64,000 bases of DNA from a virus (taxonomy: Duplodnaviria > Caudoviricetes), in the IMG/VR virus record IMGVR_UViG_3300050491_000011; one strand, 5' to 3'. The translations under genes were made by a program, and so were the position numbers. The notes beneath the pieces were generated by a model. It was not told the DNA's origin, searched no databases, and saw nothing but the letters and a program-made list of their open reading frames with translations. Positions 39,440 to 48,552 of the stretch are shown here, in pieces. Within the stretch, counting starts at the first letter, position 1. The number at the start of each line of letters is the position of its first letter.

Positions 39440-39832
39440 ATGAAACCATTGAAACAAGCAACCTACTCTTCGCGTTCGGCTGATAAGTTCGTAGTTCGTC
39501 TTCCAGACGGCATGCGCGAAACTATCGCTGAGGTTGCAAGGGGTCACCACCGCAGCATGAACTCGGAAATCATTGCACGACTCCAGAAGTCGTTGATGGA
39601 CGAAGGCATCGTACCTGTGGAAGAGGGTGAGTTGGAAGCATTGCCGCCTGAAGGTTGGATGCCGGGTACTGGTCAATTTGTTTATAAGATCGCTGGTGGT
39701 AAGAAGATCTACGGAACCATCAAGTCTATTTATATTAACGAGATGGGTGAGATGACAGCTAAGGTCACTAACGACCTGCTGGGTAACTTCACCGAATCGT
39801 TGAAGAAGCTACGTCCAGTCATCATGAAGTAA
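39440..39832 (+). CDS. amrZ: AmrZ/AlgZ-like Arc ribbon-helix-helix regulator with unrelated C-terminal domain
   Basis: [46 protein letters not shown] closely matches the Pseudomonas AmrZ N-domain. Confidence 0.85.
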   Translation: MKPLKQATYSSRSADKFVVRLPDGMRETIAEVARGHHRSMNSEIIARLQKSLMDEGIVPVEEGELEALPPEGWMPGTGQFVYKIAGGKKIYGTIKSIYINEMGEMTAKVTNDLLGNFTESLKKLRPVIMK

Positions 39833-39885
39833 TTCGTTACCGAGTGATCTCATGGTTTGTATTCCCCTATTAAGAGAATCGAACC

Positions 39886-40197
39886 ATGAGTCTTAAAGTC
39901 CGCGATTTCTTCACAACGAGTTGGATGTACCCGATCCCTGGCGTCAGCATCTGTTTCAAGGAACCCGAAGACCAGGTCGGTGAAGGTGAGTTGATTCCTA
40001 CCCACAAGGTTCATGTTTCTGTCAAGACGGCGGGAATGGCGGTCGACCTGGTAGGTAACGTTTACGTGGATTGGTCTGAAGAGCAATTCGCTCAGCGTGA
40101 CGACACTGCGTTCAAGGCTGTCGTTAAGCAGGTCATCACCAGCAAACTGGTTCCTTACGTTCAACTCACCGCTGATCCAGTCGTGGTGAAGATCTAA
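39886..40197 (+). CDS. hypothetical protein
   Basis: ATG ORF, 103 aa. Confidence 0.65.
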   Translation: MSLKVRDFFTTSWMYPIPGVSICFKEPEDQVGEGELIPTHKVHVSVKTAGMAVDLVGNVYVDWSEEQFAQRDDTAFKAVVKQVITSKLVPYVQLTADPVVVKI

Positions 40198-40207
40198 CAG
40201 CTGTAAA

Positions 40208-40237
40208 CATGACGCCCCACTTCGGTGGGGCTTTGTG
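40208..40237 (+). terminator. CATGAC-hairpin-TTTGTG element
   Basis: GCCCCAC-TTCG-GTGGGGC. Confidence 0.65.
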
Positions 40238-40264
40238 TCCTTTCTTTTTATTGAGGGTGGGGTT

Positions 40265-40720
40265 ATGTCAATCATCAATGTCCATGACGTCATGGAAACC
40301 AAAGACGGTGGAGTGATTCACCACGCAAGTTTTGTTATTGAATCGTCGGGTGGTCTTAATGAAGTCAGTATCCTCCCTGGGTTAACATTGACTCTCGATT
40401 CTCCGAACGATTCGCTTGATGGCGCTACTGTTTGCGGATGGGTCGTTGTCCAACTGAGTAAAGATTCTGTCTCTACGAAGATGGCGCGGGTCTACTTCAT
40501 GCTGACGTCCCATTTCTACACCTGTTCCGAAACACGTTCGTTACTGAACGGGCCGTTCCTCGGCAAACTCATCGCCAACTATATCCAGAAGACCTACGGC
40601 GTACAAGTCGGTCTTACTTACCTTACGGAAGACTGGAAGGTTGGTGGCCACATCTCAGCGCGCGGTGATTCCAATGGCCGTGGCGAATACCTTTACTACA
40701 TTAGCAATCGTTGCAAATAG
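40265..40720 (+). CDS. hypothetical protein
   Basis: GAGGGTGG SD before ATG 40265. Confidence 0.65.
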   Translation: MSIINVHDVMETKDGGVIHHASFVIESSGGLNEVSILPGLTLTLDSPNDSLDGATVCGWVVVQLSKDSVSTKMARVYFMLTSHFYTCSETRSLLNGPFLGKLIANYIQKTYGVQVGLTYLTEDWKVGGHISARGDSNGRGEYLYYISNRCK

Positions 40721-40729
40721 GAGCTGTAC

Positions 40730-42382
40730 ATGTCTTTGAATGAAGTAGATCGTATCCAACACAACCTCTATCAAACACTGATGGAATCCGGTTACCTTAA
40801 AGGCGACCGTACTGGCGTGGGCACTCTCATGCTGCCTGGCCTTGTAATGGACTACGACATCAGCGACAAGAAGATCCCGCTGCCGTCGACCAAAGAAGTC
40901 TTCAACAAGTCGTGGGGCTGGGAGAACCTGATGTTCATCTCGGGTTCCAGCAACCTGAAGCTTCTGAAAGACAACAACGTCTCAATCTGGGACAACTGGT
41001 TCATTCCGGGCACTGCCGTCTACGACGAACCGAAGCGTGTTGTGTATTCGCTCGATGAGCGTATTCAGGTGGCTGTTGATGCCGGTCATCGCGACATCAT
41101 CATCCAACACATCCTCGAGTACAAGAAGTTCAACGGCAGCATCGGCAGTTACGCGGTTGTTGTGCAGGATGCCGATGGCAATCTGGTCGAATACTTCAAC
41201 CGCCCTAAAGCGTATCTCGATGCACTGTGGACCTTCCTCGGTAATCTCGGTATTCCTGAGTACAACGAGAACGGTGGTGGTAAGCCTGTCGGTATCCAGA
41301 CTCGACTGAAGCGTGTTGCGAAGAACATGACCCTCTGCTGGCACGAGATCAACAAGATCGTCTTCAACTTCGGTGATGTAGTCGCCCTAGGTGATAAGCC
41401 GTACAAGGTCGTCGTCTTCCACAAAGGTAAGTTTGTTGACGTCGAGATCAGTTCGACTAAAGTCACCGCTATCAACAAGATCATGGACAACTTCGATATT
41501 CCGAAGTACCCACTTCTGGAAGCTGATATCGGTCAAGGCAGCTACGGCGTGCAATGGCGCCGTTGGCAGGATACTCAGATCGTCAGCAGCGATCAGATCG
41601 ACGAGTACGTCGCGCAAGGTTACGAGATCGCCGGTAACCTGACCTCTGATAGTGCGTGGGGTCGTGGGATGCCAGGACCTGTCAAGATGTATCACGTCAT
41701 GCACCGCGAGATCGACCAGTTGCAGAACTGCATCGACATGCTGCGCAAGAACCCTGACGATCGCCGTATGATCGTTAACGCATGGAACCCAGGTCGTACA
41801 TGGCAAGCTGCTTTACCTCCATGCCATCTGTACTTCCAGTTCATCAGCTATCCGAAGAAAGCTGGCCAGATCCTCGATGACCTCGAGAAAGCTGGCATGC
41901 TGCAAAGTCTACGCCAAGCAATCAGCGAAGACTACGGCACTCACGTAATCGAGACTGTTCAGTCCTTCGAGAAGAAGTACGAAGAAGATGAAGAGTTCTA
42001 CGGTTATGTGAAGCGTTTCTGCGAACACGCTGTAGTTGGCGTTAATCCACGCCTTATCTCGACGCTGATGGTAATGCGCAGCAACGACTACGCTTTGGGT
42101 ATGCCGTTCAACGTAGCGCAGTATGCGGCCTTGACGCACATGGTTGCACACGTCACCGGCCATGACACTGACCGTCTGATCATTGTAGGTGGTGATTGCC
42201 ACCTGTACGTGAATCAGCTGGAAGGTATCACCAAGCAGTTGGCTCGTGAGTCCAGCGAAGATAGTGATCCTCGGTTCATTATCAAACGCAAGATTGCCGA
42301 GATTGATGACTTCACTTTCGAGGACTTCAAGATCGAGGGCTACAAACCTCAGCCAAACATCCCAATGCCTGTTGCGGTGTAA
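40730..42382 (+). CDS. thyA: thymidylate synthase with two large insertions
   Basis: DRTGVGT, YGVQWR, DRRMIVNAWNP, LPPCH, RSNDYALGMPFN, GDCHLYVNQ. Confidence 0.95.
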   Translation: MSLNEVDRIQHNLYQTLMESGYLKGDRTGVGTLMLPGLVMDYDISDKKIPLPSTKEVFNKSWGWENLMFISGSSNLKLLKDNNVSIWDNWFIPGTAVYDEPKRVVYSLDERIQVAVDAGHRDIIIQHILEYKKFNGSIGSYAVVVQDADGNLVEYFNRPKAYLDALWTFLGNLGIPEYNENGGGKPVGIQTRLKRVAKNMTLCWHEINKIVFNFGDVVALGDKPYKVVVFHKGKFVDVEISSTKVTAINKIMDNFDIPKYPLLEADIGQGSYGVQWRRWQDTQIVSSDQIDEYVAQGYEIAGNLTSDSAWGRGMPGPVKMYHVMHREIDQLQNCIDMLRKNPDDRRMIVNAWNPGRTWQAALPPCHLYFQFISYPKKAGQILDDLEKAGMLQSLRQAISEDYGTHVIETVQSFEKKYEEDEEFYGYVKRFCEHAVVGVNPRLISTLMVMRSNDYALGMPFNVAQYAALTHMVAHVTGHDTDRLIIVGGDCHLYVNQLEGITKQLARESSEDSDPRFIIKRKIAEIDDFTFEDFKIEGYKPQPNIPMPVAV

Positions 42383-42387
42383 CGGCC

Positions 42388-42765
42388 ATGATCCATTATC
42401 GTGAGTATTGGCCAGCGTTTATAGATATCGCTAGAGCGCCCATTGAGGGAGATGTTGAAACTCTCGATGACGTACTGGACATTGCTTTCATCAGGGAACG
42501 TACGGTACGGGGTGAGGTCACCTGTAAGTACGCCTTGAGTCCACACGGCACTCATGGGCATTTGTTGCGCGAGTACAACAAGGATGAGTGGTGGGTATGC
42601 GCCACTCTCTCGTCTGATGTAGATCTCGTTCCAACTGACAAGATCCCGCTCTGGGTAGCTCCTCCCAAGGTAACTATCCCGATCGAACCACCTAAGGAAC
42701 TAGGACCTCCTGTTCCTCTGGATGATCTCTTCGCAAGCGGTGTCGTTAAACGGACCGTTCGTTGA
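42388..42765 (+). CDS. hypothetical protein
   Basis: ORF in operon. Confidence 0.6.
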   Translation: MIHYREYWPAFIDIARAPIEGDVETLDDVLDIAFIRERTVRGEVTCKYALSPHGTHGHLLREYNKDEWWVCATLSSDVDLVPTDKIPLWVAPPKVTIPIEPPKELGPPVPLDDLFASGVVKRTVR

Positions 42766-42956
42766 GCGGTAAGGCGCCGCATCCAATCGATGACCCTGAG
42801 ATAAGGTTTAAAGCCAAACTCTTAGGGTTCACCGATGAAGCTCTCGAATCCATACGCGACTCACAACTGAAAGCCTGTCTAGCGTGCCAGTTAGTCGGGA
42901 AGAAGAAGTGTGTTCGCGTATGTCAAGCGATGCGGAATAGGAATGAACTCGAATGA
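42762..42956 (+). CDS. small Cys-containing protein (CxxC..C..C)
   Basis: Overlaps both neighbours by 4 nt. Confidence 0.55.
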   Translation: MSGKAPHPIDDPEIRFKAKLLGFTDEALESIRDSQLKACLACQLVGKKKCVRVCQAMRNRNELE

Positions 42957-43792
42957 ACCAACAACCGTTTACCCTTGACGGAATGGCTTTCTATAAACTC
43001 TGGAGAGAGAAACGCGATCAAGGCGCTCCATCGTACACACTCGACTCTATCACTAACTTCGCCCAACCAGGTAAGGTTGAGTATAAGCTAGACTACGAGA
43101 ACCTAGAGAAACATAAAGCTGACTACAGCGCCTACCATGAAGCAGATGCTGAAATAACTGAACGTGCTGCTAGGTTCCGTGAAACAAACCCCAACGCAAC
43201 ATTCATCGAAGCACTCACCCATTTACTACCCGGAGTAAGATTCATGACCAAAGAAACATTTCAATCACCAAAACCAAAAGACATCATCGACCTGTCGGAC
43301 GAGTTCCGGATGACCCTGATCCCAAACTCGGATGAAATCCCGGTGGCTCACGTAGCCACCATCACCACCATCGAAGAACTGTGCGAAGATCGTACAGATG
43401 TCCTGAACGTCTTCCCAGTTCAGGCTGCCTTCACTATCGACAAACGCCTTGACGGCGAGTGGGTTCAGTTGCAAGAAGCTGACTTCACGGAAACCATGTA
43501 CGGCACCCTGAAACCGTTGATCGAAGCTGAGCATCGCCGTGGCTGTGAAGCTCACGGCACTGCGTTCGATCAGCGCATGACCCCTGAATACGTCCACGTC
43601 CCAATCATCGGCCACCGCAAACATGCGGCTGAACTGATGGCGAGTCTGTCCAACAACCGTGGCAATGTCGGCGGTCACCTCAGCGTGCAGCTCGATCCAA
43701 ACGATCCAGATCCACTGATGTCCAAGAAGGCTCAGATCTTCACTGACGCGCCAATTGAACAAACCGAATACCCGGCGAAGCCAGCCGAGTAA
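42953..43792 (+). CDS. hypothetical protein
   Basis: 279-aa ORF, coupled start. Confidence 0.7.
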   Translation: MNQQPFTLDGMAFYKLWREKRDQGAPSYTLDSITNFAQPGKVEYKLDYENLEKHKADYSAYHEADAEITERAARFRETNPNATFIEALTHLLPGVRFMTKETFQSPKPKDIIDLSDEFRMTLIPNSDEIPVAHVATITTIEELCEDRTDVLNVFPVQAAFTIDKRLDGEWVQLQEADFTETMYGTLKPLIEAEHRRGCEAHGTAFDQRMTPEYVHVPIIGHRKHAAELMASLSNNRGNVGGHLSVQLDPNDPDPLMSKKAQIFTDAPIEQTEYPAKPAE

Positions 43793-43878
43793 TCACATCG
43801 AGTGCGCCGGGGAATTCCCCGGCGTAACTATCAACCTTTTTTGCTTACCCTATAGAACCAATTTCTTATCGGAGCTTC

Positions 43879-44091
43879 ATGATGTTGCGAGCATTTCTCT
43901 TTGTTGTAATCGGCGCTGCTGCTGGAAGTGCCATTCAAGCCTCTATCCACAAACCTACTGTCCAACTTAATGACGCTGCCAAACGAATGGCTGACTGTGT
44001 TGAGAAGGACAGCGTCGGCGTTATCGGCCCTGCTGAACTGAACAACGTTTATAAGCTCTGCTGGAACCACGCCACAATAACCAAGCGATAA
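43879..44091 (+). CDS. small exported/membrane protein
   Basis: GGAG SD; N-terminal hydrophobic signal; two Cys. Confidence 0.6.
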   Translation: MMLRAFLFVVIGAAAGSAIQASIHKPTVQLNDAAKRMADCVEKDSVGVIGPAELNNVYKLCWNHATITKR

Positions 44092-44100
44092 GGATAACCC

Positions 44101-44712
44101 ATGCGTTACGGACAAGAACCACAAGTAATCGGCGAATTCCCTATCGACTTGGTTAAGGCTAAGGTCGAGATGTGTTTCGTGCAATATCTCCCGATTTTCA
44201 TGCCGGGTATGGATCGCGTGTTCATCCCAAAGAACCTGAACTGGATTCGCCCACTGGTACGTCAGATTCCATGGGAAGAAGAGACGTCGTATGTCTACGT
44301 CTCAGTGAAACACCTGTTCGTTACTCCTGACAACATGGGTAACCGCCCAGGCTGGCATTCGGATGGCTTCGGCACAGATGACCTCAACTACATCTGGACT
44401 GACCACTTCCCAACCGAGTTCTCCATTCAGGACTTCGAGCTGAGCGAAGATCACCACCTGTCTCTGATCGAACTGGAGCAGCAAGTTAAGCCTGAGAGTA
44501 TCCGCACTTACGGCGAGAACAAGCTGGTGCGTCTGGATAAGTACAACATCCACCGCCCGCCGGTTCAGGACAAGTCTGGCTTCCGTACTTTCGTGAAGAT
44601 CTCGGTCTCCAAAGAACGATACAACCTGCAAGGTAATGCTCACAACGACCTGATCGATTATGATTGGGAGATGAAGCCTCGTGACGCTATCCGCAATCCT
44701 ACGTCGGCATGA
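44101..44712 (+). CDS. 2OG-Fe(II) dioxygenase-like protein
   Basis: HxD (GWHSDG), distal His (NIHRP), Arg strand (FRTFVKIS). Confidence 0.65.
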   Translation: MRYGQEPQVIGEFPIDLVKAKVEMCFVQYLPIFMPGMDRVFIPKNLNWIRPLVRQIPWEEETSYVYVSVKHLFVTPDNMGNRPGWHSDGFGTDDLNYIWTDHFPTEFSIQDFELSEDHHLSLIELEQQVKPESIRTYGENKLVRLDKYNIHRPPVQDKSGFRTFVKISVSKERYNLQGNAHNDLIDYDWEMKPRDAIRNPTSA

Positions 44713-44939
44713 GTAAGACAGCTCAACGCAACCGCCAACTTTACCAGTACGGTTATAAGGTCGGACTCGGTAAAGAGAAGTTCAACTGGACTAGACGTTC
44801 CCGTAACGATGGGTGGGAAGCATTCGACCGCGGTAAGGCTGCTGGTAAGGCTGAGAGGCTACGTCGGCAGTTACTCAATGCTAATCCATGGCTTGACTTC
44901 AAGCGGTGGTTTAAGCGCATCCTACGTAAACTGTTTTAA
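44709..44939 (+). CDS. small basic protein
   Basis: Coupled ORF; Arg/Lys/Trp-rich, amphipathic C-terminus. Confidence 0.6.
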   Translation: MSKTAQRNRQLYQYGYKVGLGKEKFNWTRRSRNDGWEAFDRGKAAGKAERLRRQLLNANPWLDFKRWFKRILRKLF

Positions 44940-44942
44940 CAG

Positions 44943-44973
44943 CATACAGCCGGGGTCAATCCCCGGCTTTGTG
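44943..44973 (+). terminator. CATAC-hairpin-TTGTG element
   Basis: AGCCGGGG-TCAAT-CCCCGGCT. Confidence 0.65.
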
Positions 44974-44987
44974 TCAGGAGAGTTCGC

Positions 44988-45098
44988 ATGAATAAGCTAC
45001 AGATCGTTCTGGCTGTTCCAGTCGGTATCGCAGTAGTGATGGGTATTGGTCACGCTGCAATCTGGGTACATGAAATGATCAGGGCGGGTTGGCTATGA
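44988..45098 (+). CDS. 36-aa single-TM peptide (not in ORF track)
   Basis: AGGAG SD; MNKLQIVLAVPVGIAVVMGIGHAAIW...; ATGA overlap with next gene. Confidence 0.65.
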   Translation: MNKLQIVLAVPVGIAVVMGIGHAAIWVHEMIRAGWL

Positions 45099-45370
45099 CC
45101 GCCGCTACAGAAGTCTGGACTAAACCAGAAGACCTCACTGACGCACAGAAGGCTATTAAAGTAGTCATGCGTTGGCGTTGTCTTGAGGTGCTTCCAGATG
45201 GATGCATGAAGACTGTCGATGAGATCACCGGCGTCCTGTCTAACTTCACTCCTGCGATCATTACACTGCAAGGGTTGGAGATTGGTGATTCCGTAGAAGT
45301 ACGGGAAGGTGCTACCCGTGACCTCGATGTGGTTATTCTTTACAAAAGCGGAGTGAAGTATGAGTCTTGA
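45095..45370 (+). CDS. hypothetical protein
   Basis: Coupled start. Confidence 0.6.
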   Translation: MTAATEVWTKPEDLTDAQKAIKVVMRWRCLEVLPDGCMKTVDEITGVLSNFTPAIITLQGLEIGDSVEVREGATRDLDVVILYKSGVKYES

Positions 45371-45629
45371 CCTAGCGATCTATGACGGCAACGGTCTGGA
45401 AGAAGCCTGTTTCATCAATTTCACGAACGATGGGTTCCGAGAATTAATTACTCTCGGTCTTGGGCAGGTTCCTCACTGCATCACTAACGACGGCAGTCGT
45501 GCCATAGACCTCCAGATCTTCCGCCCTAAGGTCGTGAGTATTCTGGAGCAGCGTAAGATCCAGCATCCACAAACCCGTGAAATGCTCCGGGCTATTGAGC
45601 AGTATCGTTATCTGGCTATTAACCCGTAG
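45360..45629 (+). CDS. hypothetical protein
   Basis: GGAG SD, overlapping start. Confidence 0.6.
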   Translation: MSLDLAIYDGNGLEEACFINFTNDGFRELITLGLGQVPHCITNDGSRAIDLQIFRPKVVSILEQRKIQHPQTREMLRAIEQYRYLAINP

Positions 45630-45639
45630 GAGGCTGTAA

Positions 45640-46437
45640 ATGCCGATCATAAAGAAACACGTAATTATCTTCGGCGATCTGGAAGAGTACATCAAGCACA
45701 TCAACCGGCCGATCGAAGAACATCTCGTACTCACGCCGTTGATTGATGCGGTGAAGAAGACTCACCCTCAGGTCGTTGAACGCTCGGCTGACCTCCTGGA
45801 TTTCTTCAACACTATCGAAGAACCTGTCAGCATTACTCTTCTTGAGTTCTTCAAGGATAAGGCTGAGCTGATCCGGTCGATGGAGACTCGTGACGACTCT
45901 ATCTTCGAAGACGATGAAGAGATGGAGAACCATTGGTTCGTCTACTCCATCGCTAAGCAGTTCTTCACCGTGGCTTATGACTCCAGCTCGCTGAACGACG
46001 TACTCCGCTTCAAGCAGAGTCGTTTCCCAGCTACATGGGAGAGTGCTACTGTACCATTGCTGTTGAAGGATGGCTCTGTCGAAGAGATGTCGGAAGGCTT
46101 CGCAAACATGCTGGACATGCGGGCGTTGAGTTACAACATGTACCGTGAGGTCGACAAGCTCGCTGATACTGACGGTCGTGTCGAACTGCCGTACAAGTCG
46201 ATCTTCGACATGCAGTGCATTAACGATGAGGCTCTCCACGCCGATCCAAACGTGAAGTTCACCATCATGGTCAATCCTAATTGGGTAGATCCGGTAAAGA
46301 AGCATCGTGAGGAGCAAGAGAAGGAAGAGCTCCAACCGGTAGCACTTAGCGTTGACCGCGTTGATCAATACCTCGATGAGCTCAGCGATGCCCTAAGAGG
46401 CATGGACCCAAAGACCACTACGGTCATTAAGTTCTAA
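45640..46437 (+). CDS. hypothetical protein
   Basis: AGGAGG SD, 265 aa. Confidence 0.75.
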   Translation: MPIIKKHVIIFGDLEEYIKHINRPIEEHLVLTPLIDAVKKTHPQVVERSADLLDFFNTIEEPVSITLLEFFKDKAELIRSMETRDDSIFEDDEEMENHWFVYSIAKQFFTVAYDSSSLNDVLRFKQSRFPATWESATVPLLLKDGSVEEMSEGFANMLDMRALSYNMYREVDKLADTDGRVELPYKSIFDMQCINDEALHADPNVKFTIMVNPNWVDPVKKHREEQEKEELQPVALSVDRVDQYLDELSDALRGMDPKTTTVIKF

Positions 46438-46454
46438 GTAAAAGAAACATAGGC

Positions 46455-46463
46455 ACACATTAC
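46455..46463 (+). promoter_or_regulatory. putative early promoter motif ACACATTAC
   Basis: Intergenic, A-tract upstream. Confidence 0.55.
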
Positions 46464-46491
46464 AAAAGAGACCAAGCACTTAACGCTGTTC

Positions 46492-46932
46492 ATGGGGAAA
46501 TCCATCATGAGTACATTGATTCCGGAGCGTTTCTACACGCACCGAACTCTGGGCAAGATGTCGCTGTTCATCATGACCAAGTACGACGGGAAGAACGCAG
46601 ACAAGATCGAAGCTATGCTTACGAACCTGTGCCCTCAGTACTCGGGTAATATCAAGAGCGGTTTCAATCTGCCTGATCGTCGCCTGTTCCTACACACCGG
46701 TGATTATCTGACATTCTCGTACGCGACTGGATTCCAGGTGTTCAGCGAGAAAGAAATCGAACGTAACTTCAATAAAGAACCGATCCTTACTCGGCGAGCG
46801 ACCTTCTGGTTGGCTGGGTTCGTAGTCGTGCTTGCTATCGTCGGAGCTGTTATCTGGCAGATGCACGACTACGGTATTGGTTGTCCAACTCCTGCCGACA
46901 CTGGTCAGCAGGTAGGGTCTATCTTCAAATGA
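46492..46932 (+). CDS. protein with C-terminal TM helix
   Basis: FWLAGFVVVLAIVGAVIW segment. Confidence 0.65.
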   Translation: MGKSIMSTLIPERFYTHRTLGKMSLFIMTKYDGKNADKIEAMLTNLCPQYSGNIKSGFNLPDRRLFLHTGDYLTFSYATGFQVFSEKEIERNFNKEPILTRRATFWLAGFVVVLAIVGAVIWQMHDYGIGCPTPADTGQQVGSIFK

Positions 46933-47006
46933 TCGCAATCTTCTAAACACAGCGCTCATCGACGGAAACGTCGGTGGGCGTTCTTTACTGCCATACGGGA
47001 GGATTT

Positions 47007-47378
47007 ATGCCTTACGACATAGTCAGGAAAAACCTGACGAGGTTGGGCACGTTGACCGGGGGTAAGTTAGGCGCCATCGACGTTATACGTGAACTGAAAC
47101 AAGGTGGTCTGAGCATCTGGCTTTCTGAAGATGCGCTTAACTACACGCGTCACACGCTGCACGAGTACAAGTATGCTGAACAGGTAACTGATGAACGAAT
47201 CATTGTGTCTTGGTTGGATCTTCCCCCACACCAGATTGGTATTCGTAGTCACTTCTACCTGCAATCAGCTGCTGGCTTATTGATGTCCGCAATGAATGAT
47301 TGGCCCATGGGCTTTCGTGCTTTAATGATTCGCCGAGCTGAACAATCCCTACAACTTTACGACAACATCGACTATTAG
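47007..47378 (+). CDS. hypothetical protein
   Basis: GGGAGG SD before ATG 47007. Confidence 0.65.
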   Translation: MPYDIVRKNLTRLGTLTGGKLGAIDVIRELKQGGLSIWLSEDALNYTRHTLHEYKYAEQVTDERIIVSWLDLPPHQIGIRSHFYLQSAAGLLMSAMNDWPMGFRALMIRRAEQSLQLYDNIDY

Positions 47379-47389
47379 GAAAACATCGC

Positions 47390-48460
47390 ATGCCACGCAC
47401 TACCCCTACCACTTCTAAATCTGAAGTTAAGAAACCAGCCGCAGCTAAAGCTACTGTAAAGCCAGCTGTTAAACCCGCCGTTAAGCCTGCTGGCGCTAAA
47501 CCTGGTCCTAAACCCGGCGCGAAGGCAGCAGCAGCTAAACCTGCCGTCAAAGAGCCTGTCCAGAAACCAACCCGCAACATCGGCGAAGTTGAAGTGGGTC
47601 TGAAGACCGAACTCGGCGCTCTACCGAAAGGTCTGACTGATGTCCTGCCGGAAGCCATGCTGGAAATCCTCGACAGCGTCAAGGGTGATGACAAGGTCGT
47701 CAACTTCGGTGTCGGCACTCTGCCGAATGACCTCGGCTTTGTCCGCGTTTACGCCGAAGACAAACTGGTGACGATTACCGATCCAGAACATCTGCCGCGC
47801 GGGTGGGTCACTCTGGAATCGAACAAGACCCTCGGGTCGAAAGTGTTCTACATTCACACGACAAAACTGCCAGGTCACCCGCAAGAAGGCGAATACACCA
47901 CAGCCCTGCGCAATGCGTACGACGTGGCAATCAGCGAAGCTCTGCGTGATGGTGGTTACAGCGATTACATCCCAGCCGCTGTTGCAACCATCGGTACTGT
48001 GGAAGAGTTCAATCCGATGCTGACTTCGATGGAACCTATGCATCGTCGCATGCGTCGTCTTGGCCCACCGCCACAGCAATATCTCGCTCGACCTATCGGC
48101 GAACACTACAATCGTAACACCATGTCGGTATTGACCCGCAATGGTGAGACCGACTACATGTTCGTTCTCGACAACCTGATGGAAGTCAACACTTCCCGCG
48201 CCGCAGTCAATCAGGCAATCGAACGAGGCCATCAACTGGTGATCGTAACCATCGGTGAACGCAGTTTCACTGCCGCTGTGACTTTGGAAAGCTATCCAAT
48301 CGCACTCAGCACGTTGAACCAGACCCTGCTGCTCGAGTACCTCAACGATGCAGTACGTGCATTGTTGGTAACAGCGTGGTTTGACAAGATGATTACCGAC
48401 GTGGTTGTCACCGAGTTCAATACCAAGTTCGCCTACGTCACAACCGCACCAACCGCTTAA
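47390..48460 (+). CDS. protein with N-terminal KPAA/KPAV histone-like tail
   Basis: About 60 aa of K/P/A repeats, then globular domain. Confidence 0.7.
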   Translation: MPRTTPTTSKSEVKKPAAAKATVKPAVKPAVKPAGAKPGPKPGAKAAAAKPAVKEPVQKPTRNIGEVEVGLKTELGALPKGLTDVLPEAMLEILDSVKGDDKVVNFGVGTLPNDLGFVRVYAEDKLVTITDPEHLPRGWVTLESNKTLGSKVFYIHTTKLPGHPQEGEYTTALRNAYDVAISEALRDGGYSDYIPAAVATIGTVEEFNPMLTSMEPMHRRMRRLGPPPQQYLARPIGEHYNRNTMSVLTRNGETDYMFVLDNLMEVNTSRAAVNQAIERGHQLVIVTIGERSFTAAVTLESYPIALSTLNQTLLLEYLNDAVRALLVTAWFDKMITDVVVTEFNTKFAYVTTAPTA

Positions 48461-48552
48461 CCGGTATACCCCACGCCAGCAGTTAGGGCGTGGGGCTACA
48501 TCTACATTTTAATTTTTGTTTGCAGTAACTTTTATTAAGGGGAGTTTAATTA

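Noticed and set aside
41010-41520. Intein or homing endonuclease in thyA
   Set aside because: No Cys/Ser start with His-Asn end, and no LAGLIDADG, HNH or GIY-YIG motif
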